A stretch of 64,000 nt of DNA from Malacoraja senta. Taxonomy: Eukaryota. The notes under the pieces were generated by a model. It was given only the letters and a program-made list of their open reading frames with translations. It was not told the origin of the DNA and made no database searches. Position 1 is the first letter of the stretch, and each line of letters begins with the position of its first letter. Position numbers and translations under genes: made by a program. The DNA lies in assembly GCA_038087875.1 (NCBI GenBank), contig JAXLNO010004761.1, positions 62,001 to 126,000 of the forward strand, given 5' to 3'. Below, piece by piece: positions 50,730 through 63,589 of this stretch.

Positions 50730-51245
50730 TAATCAATAAATCACCACATAAACTGCACGTCTGGGGGAATAAACCCGGTAAATCTGGGGTAAATAATGTT
50801 ATAAACCCACTGGGGAGCAAATTAAACCCAGTAAAACGGGATAATAATGTTATAAACACACAGGGGAACAAAGTAAACCCTGTCTGGGGTAAAACTGAGG
50901 TAAATTAAATAAGTTTATTGGCCAAGTATTCACATACAAGGAATTTGCCTTGGTGCTCCGTCCACAAGTAACAACATGACATACAGTGACAGTAAATAAT
51001 GTTATAATACAGTAAATAATGTTATAAACCCACAGGGGAGCGGAATAAACCCGGTCTGGGGTAAAACTGAGGTAAATAATGTTGTAACCACACAGGGGAA
51101 CAAAATACATCCAGTCTGTGGTAAAACTGGGTAAATAATGTTATAAACACACAGGGGAGCAAAATAAACTCGGGCTGGGGTAAATAATGTTATAAACCCA
51201 CAGGTGAACAAAATAAACCCAGTCTGGGGTAAACTGAGGTAAAGT
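50730..51245. repeat. Degenerate repeat of about 55-65 bp (taaataatgttataaacccacaggggagcaaaataaacccagtctggggt), about 7 copies
   Basis: Recurrent taaataatgttataa anchor. Confidence 0.8.
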
Positions 51246-51394
51246 AAGGAGGTTTATTGGCCAAGTACTCACATACAAGGAATTTGCCTTGGTGCTCCGC
51301 CCACAAGTAACAACAGGACATACAGTTGTTCCAACATGACATACGGGTCTTCCAGTCCCGCCTCAAGACCCATCTCTTCACCTCTGCATACCCT

Positions 51395-53320
51395 TAGTCC
51401 AAATCTGAGGAAGGACATTATAGCCATAGAGGGAGTGCAGAGAAGGTTCACCAGACTGATTCCTGGGATGTCAGGACTTTCATATGAAGAAAGACTGGAT
51501 AGACTTGGCTTATACTCGCTAGAATTTAGGAGATTGAGAGGGGATCTTATAGAAATATAGATACATAGATACATAGAAAATAGGTGCAGGAGTAGGCCAT
51601 TCGGCCCTTCGAGCCTGCACCGCCATTCAATATGATCATGGCTGATCATCCAACTCAGTATCCCGTACCTGCCTTCTCTCCATACCCCCTGATCCCTTTA
51701 GCCACAAGGGCCACATCTAACTCCCTCTTAAATATAGCCAATGAACTGGCGTCAACTACCCTCTGTGGCAGAGAGTTCCAGAGATTCACCACTCTCTGTG
51801 TGAAAAAGTTTTTCCTCATCTCGGTCTTAAAGGATTTCCCCCTTATCCTTAAGCTGTGACCCCTTGTCCTGGACTTCCCCAACATCGGGAACAATCTTCC
51901 TGCATCTAGCCTGTCCAACCCCATAAGAATTTTGTACGTTTCTATAAGATCCCCTCTCAATCTCCGAAATTCTAGCGAGGAAAAGCCAAGTCTATCCAGT
52001 CTTTCTTCATATGAAAGTCCTGACATCCCAGGAATCAGTCTGGTGAACCTTCTCTGCACTCCCTCTATGGCTATAATGTCCTTCCTCAGATTTGGAGACC
52101 AAAACTGTACGCAATACTCCAGGTGTGGTCTCACCAAGACCCTGTACAACTGCAGTAGAACCTCCCTGCTCCTATACTCAAATCCTCTTGCTATGAAGGC
52201 CAACATACCATTCGCTTTCTTCACTGCCTGCTGCACCTGCATGCCTACTTTCAATGACTGGTGTACCATGACACCCAGGTCTCGCTGCACCTCCCCATTT
52301 CCTAATCGGCCACCATTTAGATAATANNNNNNNNNNNNNNNNNNNNNNNNNNNNNNNNNNNNNNNNNNNNNNNNNNNNNNNNNNNNNNNNNNNNNNNNNN
52401 NNNNNNNNNNNNNNNNNNNNNNNNNNNNNNNNNNNNNNNNNNNNNNNNNNNNNNNNNNNNNNNNNNNNNNNNNNNNNNNNNNNNNNNNNNNNNNNNNNNN
52501 NNNNNNNNNNNNNNNNNNNNNNNNNNGGCCGCAGTGACCAGTGTGCGGCCGCAGTGACCAGTGTGTGGGTGCAGTGACCGCAGTGACCAGTGGTGACCAC
52601 AGTGAGTTAAGGGTTGAGGGTTGGGGTTTGACCCTTCGAGCCAGCACCGCCATTCAATGTGATCATGGCTGATCATCCCCAATCAGTACCGCGTTCCTGC
52701 CTTCTCCCCATATCCCCTGACTCCACTATTTTTAAGAGCCCTATCTATCTCTCTCTTGAAAGTATCCAGAGAACCTGCCTCCACCGCCCTCTGAGGCAGA
52801 GAATTCCACAGACTCACCACTCTCTGTGAGAAAAAGTGTTTCCGCATCTCCGTTCTAAATGGCTTACCCCTTATTCTTAACAGTGTGTGGCCCCTGATTC
52901 TGGACTCCCCCAACATCGGGAACATGTTTCCTGCCTCTAGCGTGTCCAAACACCTTAATAATCTTACGTTTCAATAAGAATTCCTCTCATCCTTCTAAAT
53001 TCCAGAGTGTACAAGCCCAGCCGCTCCATTCTCTCAGCATATGACAGTCCCACCATCCCGGGAATTAACCTTGTAAACCTACGCTGGGCTCCCTCAATAG
53101 CAAGAATGTCCTTCCTCAAATTAGGGGACCAAAACTGCACACAATACTCCAGGTGTGGTCTCACTAGGGCCCTGTACAACTGCAGAAGGACCTCTTTGCT
53201 CCTATACTCAACTCCTCTTGTTATAAAGGCCAACATGCCATTGGCTTTCTTCACTGCCTGCTGTACCTGCATGCTTACTTTCAGTGACTGATGAACAAGG
53301 ACCCCCAGAACCTGTTGTAC
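51395..53320. mobile_element. Cluster of CR1 3' fragments (+ 51395-51555; - 51557-52326; - 52630-53320)
   Basis: Repeated [18 protein letters not shown] peptides, interrupted by an N-gap and a 20-bp tandem repeat. Confidence 0.9.
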
Positions 53321-54907
53321 TTCCCCATTTCACACAAGAGGTTAACAACTAGTTCACGTTAACTTTCCTCAACCAAGTACAATGTAGAACCACTTTAAAT
53401 TCCTCGCTGTCTTCTTAATCATAACAATTAGTCATCAACTGAAAACCAGTCTTCATAAAGTGCCCCAATTAAAACACAATTGGACATCTATCCAGGAGAC
53501 AAATTCATTCTTGCCACTGCCTTCATGAAGTAAATGGAACCACACCCAGAAATCAGTCTGAGGCTCCCAACCCAAAATCTCACCTATCCATGTTCTCCAC
53601 AGATGCTGCCTGACCCGCTGAGTTACTCCAGCACTTTGTGTCTTGTTTTGTAAACCAGCACCTGCAGTTCCTTGATTTTCATCCCAAATCTTCCCTGGTT
53701 TCAGGGCTTTTACTAAATTTTGGTATCTGTGCAATGGGTGCATTACGGGGAAAGGTAAATGGGTCACAGAGCAATAAAGAACCATTTTGCAGTAAAGAGC
53801 ACAATATCTAATTTGTAGACAGCGCCCCCAATGTGCAATGAATTCGCTAACAGGCGCTCCAATTTGTGGTCAACACTCCCACCGTGTGGTGATCTACCGC
53901 ACAGCAGGCCCGTCCAATGTGTGGTCAACACTCCCACCGTGTGGTGATCCACTGCACTGCAGGCTGGAAAAAATCGAAGGTGGACAAAAAATGCTGGAGT
54001 AACTCAGCGGGTGAGGCAGCATCTATGGAGGGAAGGAATAGGTGACGTTCCAGGTCGAGACCCTTCTTCAGACTGAAGTTGGGGTGGGGGTGCGGATAAA
54101 GGAAGGAAAAGGCAGAGACAGAAGGCTGTGGGAGAGTTGGGAAGGGGAAGGAGGGAGAAACCACTGAAATTGGAGAATGGGAAGATGAGGCCAGTGGTGG
54201 GATCCCGTTGGAGGTGGCAATAATGTTGGAGGATTATCTGTTGTATGTGACGGCTGGTAGGATGGAAGGTTAGGACATGGGGGGGCTGTGTCCTTGTTAC
54301 GAGTAGGGGGATGGGGAGTAAGAGCAGAGCTGCGGGATATAGAGAAGACTATGATAAGAGTGCTGGAGAAACTCAGCAGGTCAGGCATCATCTCTGGAGG
54401 AAAAGGATTTGTGATATTTTGGGTAAGAACCCTTCTTCTATTCCATCCCAAAATCACTTGTTTCTCCAGAGATGCTGCCTGACCCACTCAGTCACTCCAG
54501 CAATGTGTCTATCTTGGTATAAACCGGCATCTACAGGTCTTGGTTTCTACATTTTACATCAGCCAGATTCAATTTCAGTTGTGATAAGGTTAGGGTATCA
54601 TCACTTTAGTAAAGATACATCCTTTTATTCTGACACTGTGCCCTCTGGTCCGAGACTCTCCCGCTAGTAGAAACATCCTTTTAGTTGGAGATACAGCACA
54701 GAATCAGCACAATTCCAGTTGCACCAGAAAAAAAATCATTAAAACCCTGGACACTTCAAATTACAACAATTGAAAGGAAAAGTCAGCAGAATTAATCAAA
54801 GAAGCAAACACAATTCAGTAGAGAGCGATAGTGTTCTCACCGACGTCATGCCCTGGAGATGTAGATCCACATCAGACACAAGGGGAGACTCCCTGTCTCT
54901 ACCCTGA

Positions 54908-55145
54908 GCACTGCTCCCATCCACAGCCCAGGACCACTGCTCCCATCCACAGCCCAGGACCACCGCTCCTATCCACAGCCCAGGACCACTGCTCCCATCC
55001 ACAGCCCAGGACCACTGCTCACATCCACAGCCCAGGACCACTGCTCCCATCCACAGCCCAGGACCACTGCTCCCATCCATAGCCCAGGACCAGTGCTCCC
55101 ATCCACAGCCCAGGACCCACTGCTCCCATCCACAGCCCAGGACAA
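54908..55145. repeat. 26-bp minisatellite (ccactgctcccatccacagcccagga), about 9 copies
   Basis: Periodicity directly visible. Confidence 0.93.
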
Positions 55146-56647
55146 CTGTACTCAGACACTCCCACAACTCCCCCTTTTATACACAGCAGCTGACAATTTT
55201 CTAATCAGCTTCAATCAAGCTGATTACCACATTCACCATTCGCCCACCAGTGGCCAATCAATGTTTGTTGCACACATCACGATATCCTCCTGGGGCAGTG
55301 TTTGTCTGCAGGACAATAATTGCCCTCCGACTTGTTGCTTTTTACACAAAGTGGCTGCTTGCATTTCCTTAAGTCAGAGACGACACACAGAAACAGAATT
55401 AGGCCGTTCGGCCCTTCGAGTATACCCCACCATTCAATCATGGCTGATCTATCTCTCCCGCCTAACCTCATTCTCCTGCCTTCTCCCCATAAGCCCTGAC
55501 ACCCGCACTCATCAACAATCTATCTATCTCTGCCTTAAATATATCCACAGACTTGTGGCCTCCACCGCCATCTGTGGCAATGAATCCCACAGATTCACCA
55601 CCCTCTGGCTAAAGAATTTCCTCCTCATCTCCTTCCTAAAGGAAAGTCCTTTAAATCTGAGGCTGTGCCCTCTGGTCCTAGACTCTCCCACTAGTGGAAA
55701 CATCCTCTCCACGTCCACTCTATCCGGGCCTTTTCACTGTTCGGTGACGTTTCAATGCCCCCCCCCCCCCCCAATCTTCTAAACTCCAGCGAGTACAGGC
55801 CCAGCGCCGACAAACGCTCATCGTACGTTCACCCACTCGTTCCTGGGATCGTTCTTGTAAACGCTAACTCTTTTGTCTTGCTGATGTTGAGGGATGGATT
55901 GTTATCCTGACCATAGGTGCAGGAGTGGGCCATTCGGCCCTTCACGACAGAAGGTTCTCAATGTCTTTCCCATATTCTATCTCATCTTTGCTGCTCATGT
56001 GGCTGAAATACTGTTCTGACCAGTGGACGGACCTCTGGATCCCACTGGCCTGAGACCCGGCCACAAGTTGTGGGTGACAAGGTCATGACCCCGAGGGACA
56101 TTGGTGTCAAGGGTCACGGTGGAGGGAATGTTCTGACCAATTCTAACGTCTGAGAAGTGAATAGTGGTGGATTTGTTAATTCATCATGGCTGAAGCAGGT
56201 GGGCTCACTTCTGACTAGACTTTACTGTGGACATTTAAACAGGAAAAGTAAACTTTCTTTATTAACAATGAATGACCCAGAGAAAGGAGAATGTTACTCT
56301 TGGAAGTTCATAGAGTCACAGCATGGAAACAGGCCCTTCCTTCGGCCCAACTTGCCCACCCCGACCAACATGGCCCCATCTACACTTGTCCCACCCCGAC
56401 CAACATGCCCCATCTACACTAGTCCCACCTGCCCGCGTTTGGCCCATATCCCTCCCAAACTGTCCTATCCAAGTGTCTCTTAAACATTGTGATAGTCCCA
56501 GCCTCAACTACCTCCTCCAGCAGCTCATTCCATACACCCACCACCCTCTGTGTGGAAAAGTTGCCCCTCAGATTGACATTATTAATGTGAACCATTTGTG
56601 CACAACTCTGCTGGTGTGAGTAATAAATGAAATGATAGCAAAAATAC

Positions 56648-56945
56648 ACAGTTGTGCAGCGGTAGAGTTGCTGCCTCACAGCGCCAGAGACCGGGTTCCA
56701 TCCTGAATACGGCAGCTGTCTGTACGGAGTTTGCACGTTCTCCCCGTGACCGGCGTGGATTTTTCTCCGGGTGCTCCGGTTTCCTTCCGCATTCGAAAGA
56801 CCTGCTGGTTTGTAGGTTAATTGGCTTCTGTAAAATTGTCCCTAATGTGTGTAGGATGGAGTTAGTGTACGGGGTGATCACTGGTCGGCGATGACTCGAT
56901 GTGCCGAATGGCCTGTTTCCGCGCAGTATCCCTAAAATCTAAACA
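56648..56945 (+). mobile_element. HE1-like SINE
   Basis: Full-length copy. Confidence 0.8.
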
Positions 56946-58249
56946 ATACCCGGTGACTTGGCCTCCACCGCCCTCTGTGGCAATGAATTCCAGATTCACC
57001 ACCCTCCGGGCTAAAGAAATTCCTCCTCATCTCCTTTCTAAAGGCAGGAGTGGGAAAGGCAGTGAGGGTGAGGGGCCAGACGTGGGCATGTGGGACTAGC
57101 TTCGATAGGCATGTCTGTGTGTTTCTGTGCTGTGGGACTTGGCTCAACAGGGTAGTAGTTTGATGCTTCAGCCTGCAGCAACCCAGGAGAACTGTGTTCC
57201 AGATGCTTCATTAGTTTGTTGTTCTGCACATCGATCGGGAGACGATGAAAACTCCCATTCACCCGCAGCCGCCAGAGCAAACAGTATACATACAGTGATG
57301 ACAAACGCAATAAATGCAATATCCAGTGCAGAACAGTGCAAGATTGTGTTGCAGAAAGCCCGGGGTTGCACGGACGAGAGGGGCCGAAGGGCATGTCGCC
57401 GGGTAGGGCGACCACCGACGCTGTCCGTGTGGAGTTTGCTTCGCTTCCCCCTCCGTGGTGGACCGGATGCGGGTCGGGGCAGGGGAGGCGAGCTCAGCCT
57501 TCCAAGCCTCAATCCAAGCTCAGCCTTCCTCCCGCGCATCCTAGCCCCGACGGGCCGAGTCCTGTCGCCTTCCTCCCGGACAAACAACCGAGGGGAAAAA
57601 CACAGACGAAACCTCTTCCAACCACCCGAATCCCTCAGGGAATGTCCCTGTCCTGTCCTGTCTTTGAAATCAAGCCGTCACAATTGTGCACGATCAGTCA
57701 GCATTATCCTTTTTTTAATATATAGACAAAAGCTGATCAAGTTCAAGTTGGAATTTATTGTCACATGCACCATTATGGTACAGTGATATTTGAGTTACCA
57801 TACAGCCATACTGAGTAAAAAGCAACAAGACACACAGCCACATAAAAATAAAATCCAACATAAACTTCCACACAGCGGAATCACATTGAATGGCGGTGAT
57901 GGCTGGAAGGGCCAAAGTTCTCACCATGGATGGCTGACCTGCTGAGTACTACCGGCACTTTGGAGGGGAATGGACAGGCGACGTATCGGGTCTGGACACT
58001 TCTTTGGACTGATGGAGTCGGGGGAGAAAGCTGGAATAAAGAGATGCGGTTGGGACAGACTCCAGGACTTGATTAGGAGGGGCAAGTTTCCTTAATTTGA
58101 AGAATTCAATGTTCATGTCATTGGGCTGTAAGCTATGAGGTGCTCTTCCTCCAGTTTGCGTGTCACCTCACTCTGGCAATGGAGGAGGCCCAGGACAGAA
58201 ACATCAGTGTGGGAGTAGGAAGTGGAGTTAAAATGGTTGGGAACCGGGA

Positions 58250-59700
58250 GATCCAGTTCTGACCTTCTCCATAATTATATTGAAACTAATGGTATTGTGA
58301 TCACTGGACCCGAAGTGCTCCCTAACACATACCTCCGTCAACTGACCTGTCTCATTTCCTAACAGGAGGTCCAGCACTGCCCCTTCTCTAGTAGGTACCT
58401 CTATGTATTGCTGCAAAAAACTATCCTGCACACATTTTACAAACTCCAAACCATCCAGCCCTTTTACAGAATATGTTTCCCAGTCTATGTGACCCGTTAA
58501 TCCCTACTCTGTTTCCTGTCTGCCAACCTATTTTCTATCCATGTCAGCACTCTACCCCCAATACCCTATGCCCTAAATTACCTACATGCTTACTTTCAGT
58601 CACTGAGGAACAAGGACCCCAGAACCCGCTGTACCTCCGCATTTCCCAACTTGACATAATTTAGATAATAATCTACCTCACATTTATCCACATTAAAACC
58701 GCATCTGCCATGCATCTGCCCACTCCCCCAACCTGTCCAGGTCACCGTGCATTCTCATAGCATCCTCCTCACAGTTCACACTGCCACCCAGCTTTGTGTC
58801 ATCTGCAAATTTGCTAATGTTACTTTTTAAATCTCTTCATTGATGTATATGGTAAATAGCTGCGGTCCCAGCACCGAGCCTTGCGGCACCCTACTAGTCA
58901 CTGCCTGCCATTCTGAAAGGGACCCGTTAATCCCTACTCTGTGTTTCCTGTCTGCCAACCACTTCTCCATCCATGTCAGCACTCTACCCCCAATACCATG
59001 TGCCCGAATTTTGGCCACTAATTTCCTATGTGGGACCTTATCAAATGCTTTCTGAAAGTCCAGGTACACTACATCCACTGGCTCTCCCTTGTCCATTTTC
59101 CTAGTTACATCCTCAAAAAATTCCAGATTAGTCAAGCATGATTTCCCCTTCGTAAATCCATGCTGACTCGGACCGATCCTGTTACTGCTATCTAAATGTT
59201 CGGCTATTTCATCTTTTATAATTGACTCCAGCATTTTCCCCACCACTGATGTCAGGCTAACTGGTGTATAATTCCCTGTTTTCTCTCTCCCGCCTTTCTT
59301 AAAAAGTGGGGTAACATTAGCTACCCTCCAATCCACAGGAACTGATCCTGAATCTATGGAACATAGGAAAACGATCACCAATGCGTCCACAATTTCTAGA
59401 GCCACTTCCTTAAATACTCTGGGATGCAGACCATCAGGCCCAGGGGATTTATCATCCTTCAGTCCCATCAGTCTATCCAACACCATTCCTGCCTGATATG
59501 GATTTCCTTCAGTTCCTCCGTCACCCCAGATCCTCTGGCCACTAGTACATCAGGAAGATTGTTTGTGTCCTCGGTGAAGACGGATCCAAAGTACCCTGTT
59601 CAACTCATCTGCCATTTCCTTGTTCCCCATAATAAATTCACCTTTTTCAGTCTTCAAGAGTCCAACTTTGGTCTTAACTAATGTTTTCCTCTTCACATAC
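58250..59700 (-). mobile_element. CR1 LINE fragments (endonuclease piece and RT piece)
   Basis: PTREGAVLDLLLGNE...HFGSSDHN, and ORF 58827-59486 with RT motifs. Confidence 0.92.
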
Positions 59701-60810
59701 GTAAAGAAGGAACAGCAGATGCCGGTTTACAAAGAGAGACACAATCTCCTGGAGTAACTTGCACATCTGGAGAGCATGGACAGGCAACATTCTAGGTCAG
59801 GACCCTTCTTCAGACTGCTTGGTGTGGGGGGTGAAGAAAGTTGGAAAGGAGAGGAGGGAGTGGTCGCCTTAGATTCCCTTCCCTCTGCAGGTGCAGCCTG
59901 ACCTACTGAGTTCCTCCACTGCTTTAGAGGGAAAGGACAGACGACGTTTTGAGTCAGGACCCTTCTTCAGACTGAGTGGAGAGGGTGGGGGGAGGAAGCT
60001 GAAAAAGAGAGATGGGGGCTGGACAAAGCCTGGCAAGTGACAGGTGGACACAAAATTCTGGCGTAACTCAGCGGGACAGGCGGCATCTCTAGAGAGAAGG
60101 AATGGGTGACGTTTCAGGTTGAGACCCTTCTTCAGAAGTGATAGGTGGATATAGGTGAGGGTGACAGAAGATACTGCAGATGCTGGAATTTTGCATAGAA
60201 CACAATTTATTTAGATGCAACAGAATCTCTTGCCCAGAGTGGGGGGGATCGAGGACCAGAGGACATGGGTTCAAGGTGAAGGGAAAAAGATTTAAAAGGA
60301 AACCGAGGGGTATCCTTTTCACACAGAGGGTGGTGGGAGTATGGAACAAACTGTCAGAGGAGGTAGTTGAGGCTGTGACTATCCCAAGAAACAGTTAGAC
60401 AGTTACATGGATAGGACAAGTTTGGAGGGATATGGACCAAACACAGGCAGGTGGGGTCTAGTGTAGCTGGGACATGTTAGTCGGTGTGGGCAAGTTCGGC
60501 CGAAGGCCTGTTTCCACACTGTATCACTCTATGACTAACACAGAGTGCTGGAGTAACTCAGCGGGTCAGGCAGCATCTGTGGAGAACATGGATAGGTGAC
60601 ATTCACAGAGTGCTGGAGTAACTCAGCGGGTCAGGCAGCATCTCTGGAGAACATGGATAGGTGACATTTCAGAGTGCTGGAGTAACTCAGCGGGACAGGC
60701 AGCATCTCTGGAGAAAAGGAATGGGTGATGTTTCAGGTCGACACTGAAGATGGGTCTCGACCCTGAAACGTTACCCATTCCTTCCAGCATTTTGTGTCTA
60801 CCTAAACAGC
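59700..60810. mobile_element. Cluster of Penelope-like terminal repeats, tandem and inverted
   Basis: At least five copies of tgctggagtaactcagcgggtcaggcagcatct. Hammerhead cores at 60108-60135 (-) and 60744-60772 (+). Confidence 0.6.
60108..60135 (-). ncRNA. Minimal type-I hammerhead-ribozyme-like motif with a complete core
   Basis: Minus strand reads CTGAAGA-A-GGGT-CTCA-ACCT-GAAAC-GTC, with palindromic ACGT at stem III. Confidence 0.45.
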
Positions 60811-60812
60811 CC

Positions 60813-62249
60813 CTATCTATCCACGTGGCGGTGTGCCAGCAGGCTGGAGGAGCGGGCAAAGGGCTTGCTGCAGAGCAGGCAGGTGAAGGGGCGCTGGCCG
60901 GTGTGGACTCGTCGGTGCTCCAGCAGGCGGTCAAGGCGGGTGAAACCCTTGCCACACTCAGCGCACACATGTCTCTCTCCGGTGTGTATCAGCTGGTGCT
61001 CCCGCAGCCCCCGTGCTCTCTTGTCGCAGTGGGAGCCGCTGCTCGCCGGTGTGGGTCCGCCGGTGCTGCCACAACCCCCGTGAGCTATCAAACTCCTCAC
61101 CACAGTACGGGCAGTCGTAGGGCTGGCCACTGGTGTGCACGCACTGGTGAGACAGGGCGTGGGAGGCCATGGTAAAGCGCTCTCCACACACCGGGCTGGG
61201 GACGGGACGGTCGCCGGTGTGCACCCGCTGGTGGGACAGCAGTCTGGTGGAGCTGGCGAAGCCCTTGCCGCACTGGGCACAGGTGTATGGGTGCTCGCCG
61301 GTGTGGGTGCGCTGGTGCCTCAGCAGGGTGGTGGAGAGGGTGAAGCCCTTGCCGCACTGGGCGCAGGTGAAGGGGCGCTCGCTGGTGTGGGTGCGCTGGT
61401 GGGACAGCAGGTTACCGGACTGGGTGAAGCCCTTGCCGCAGTGGCTGCAGATGTAGGGACGCTCGCCGGTGTGGTTGCGCTGGTGGGACAGCAGGTTACC
61501 GGACTGGGTGAAGCCGTTGCCGCAGTAGCTGCAGTTGTAGGGACGCTCGCCGGTGTGGGTGCGCAGGTGGGTCAGCAGGTTGCTGGACTGGGTGAAGCCA
61601 TTGCCGCAGTAGCTGCAGGTGTAGCGACGCTCGGCGGTGTGGTTGCGGTGGTGGGACAGCAGGGTACCGGACTGGGTGAAGCCCTTGCCGCAGTAGCTGC
61701 AGGTGTAGGGACGCTCGCCGTGTTGGATGCGCTGGTGGGACAGCAGGTTACCGGACTGGGTGAAGCCCTTGCCGCAGTAGCTGCAGGTGTAGGGACGCTC
61801 GCCGGTGTGGGTGCGCTGGTGGGACCGCAGGTTGCCGGAGAGGGCTAAACCCTTGCCGCACTGGACGCAGGTGAAGGGGCACTCGCCGGTGTGGGTGCGC
61901 TGCTGGGACCGTAGGCTGCCGGAGAGGGTGAAGCCCTTGCCGCACTGGACGCAGGTGAAGGGGCGCTCGCCGGTGTGCACCCGCCGGTGGTTCCTCAGCC
62001 CCGACAACCGGGCAATGTTTTGCCGCAGGTGCCGCAGTAATAGGGCTTCTCGCCAGTGTGAACCCGCTGGTGCATCTTCAGCTGTTTCGCCATCTTGAAG
62101 CTCTTGTCGCACTCCGAGCCGTTGAAGGGGCGTTCTCCCATGTGCACCCGCCAGTGGATGTCCAGCCGGCTCGGGCACCGCCAGGCCTTGCCACATACGT
62201 CACATTCATAACGCTTCTCCTTGTTGTGCCCCGTCATGTGGTCCCCCAT
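60813..62249 (-). pseudogene. C2H2 zinc-finger gene with about 17 finger units in a single coding exon, two frameshifts
   Basis: Three ORF-track segments join into one array: MGDHMTGHNKEKRYECDVCGK..., then the TGERP-linked fingers, then ...HRHVDR*. Frame changes at about 62013-62022 and about 61025-61045. Several fingers lack a Cys or His. Minus-strand acceptor cccctcctgcag, with the exon starting at 62383. Confidence 0.85.
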
Positions 62250-62483
62250 CGAATCTCAGCCCCTCGAAGCTCAGCCCACACACCGAGCAGATGGAAGGGG
62301 GGGGGGGGCTCACCGGCACCCTGGCCGCCCTCAATGGCCGCTCACGTCCCCGTCTCTCCGTCCACAGCAACGGCTCCTAAACCCTGCAGGAGGGGAACAC
62401 AGAGGGTCAACAAGCTGGCAAACAGGACATTACTAGCACATATTGGGTGCATTTATGGCGGAGGAAACCGTTATATAATTCTG

Positions 62484-62797
62484 CGCGGCACAGGGGCGCA
62501 GTCGTACAGTTGCTGCCTCACCTCCAGAGACCCGGGCTCGATCCTGACTACGGGTGCTGTCTGTGTAGAGTTTGCACATTCTCCCCTTGACCTGCGTGGG
62601 TTTTTACTCCAGGTGCTCCAGTTTCCTCCAACATTTCAAAGACGTTCAGGGTTGTAAATTAATCGGACTCCGCAAAATTGTTAAATTGTCCCTGATGTGC
62701 GTAGCATAGTGCTAGTGTACGGGGTGATCGCTGGTCGGCGCAGAGTCCGTGGGCCGAAAGACCTGTTTCCGCGCTGCATCTCTAAACTAAACTAAAC
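62484..62797 (+). mobile_element. HE1-like SINE
   Basis: Full-length copy with a (taaac)n tail. Confidence 0.82.
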
Positions 62798-63415
62798 CAA
62801 AGAAGGATCTCGACCCAAAATGTCACCCATTCCTTCTCTCCACAGATGCTGCCTGACCCGCTGAATTACTCCAGCACTTTGTGTCTATCTTCTCCACAGA
62901 TGCTGCCTGACCCGCTGAATTACTCCAGCACTTATCATAGATTCATAGAGTGATACAGCGATGGAAAGAGGCCCTTCGGCCCAACTCGTACTTGCACTCC
63001 TAGATCCCTCGGCTCCACACATTCCGCCAGCGCCCCGCCATTCACAGTGAAGACCCTGCCCTGGTTTGACTTCCTAAACTGCAACACCCTCCCCACCCCC
63101 AAACAATGTGACTCCTCCCTGTGGCTCCCTGCCCCTTACCCCTGCCCACCTCCTGCTCCTTACCCCCCCTTTGCTACCTCCCCCCTCCTCCCCACCCCAA
63201 ACAATGTGAACCCACCCCCACCTGGCTCCCTACCCCCTTTCTTGGCTCACTTGACCCCTCTATCTCCCCCTCAGTTCCCTGCCCCCCCCCATTCATCCCC
63301 CTCGGCACCAAACCCACTCCCCCTTGAATCCTCCCCCTCCCTTTGCTGCCTGTTTCCCCCCGCTACTCACTTCACCCCCTTTCCACCTCCAGCCTCTCAC
63401 CCCTCTCCTCCCTCC

Positions 63416-63416
<1 letters not shown>

Positions 63417-63490
<74 letters not shown>
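63417..63490. repeat. (CT)n microsatellite
   Basis: Direct inspection. Confidence 0.98.
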
Positions 63491-63494
<4 letters not shown>

Positions 63495-63589
63495 AGAAGC
63501 AATTCTGTTCCTCAGACTTTTATTAATGCATTTTAGGTATGTACTTTTGTAGCAAACTTAACTACCCAGGCATTTACTTTTAATTTCTA

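Noticed and set aside
61135-61848. 237-aa plus-strand ORF rich in Ala, Val and Gly
   Set aside because: Antisense shadow of the zinc-finger repeat.
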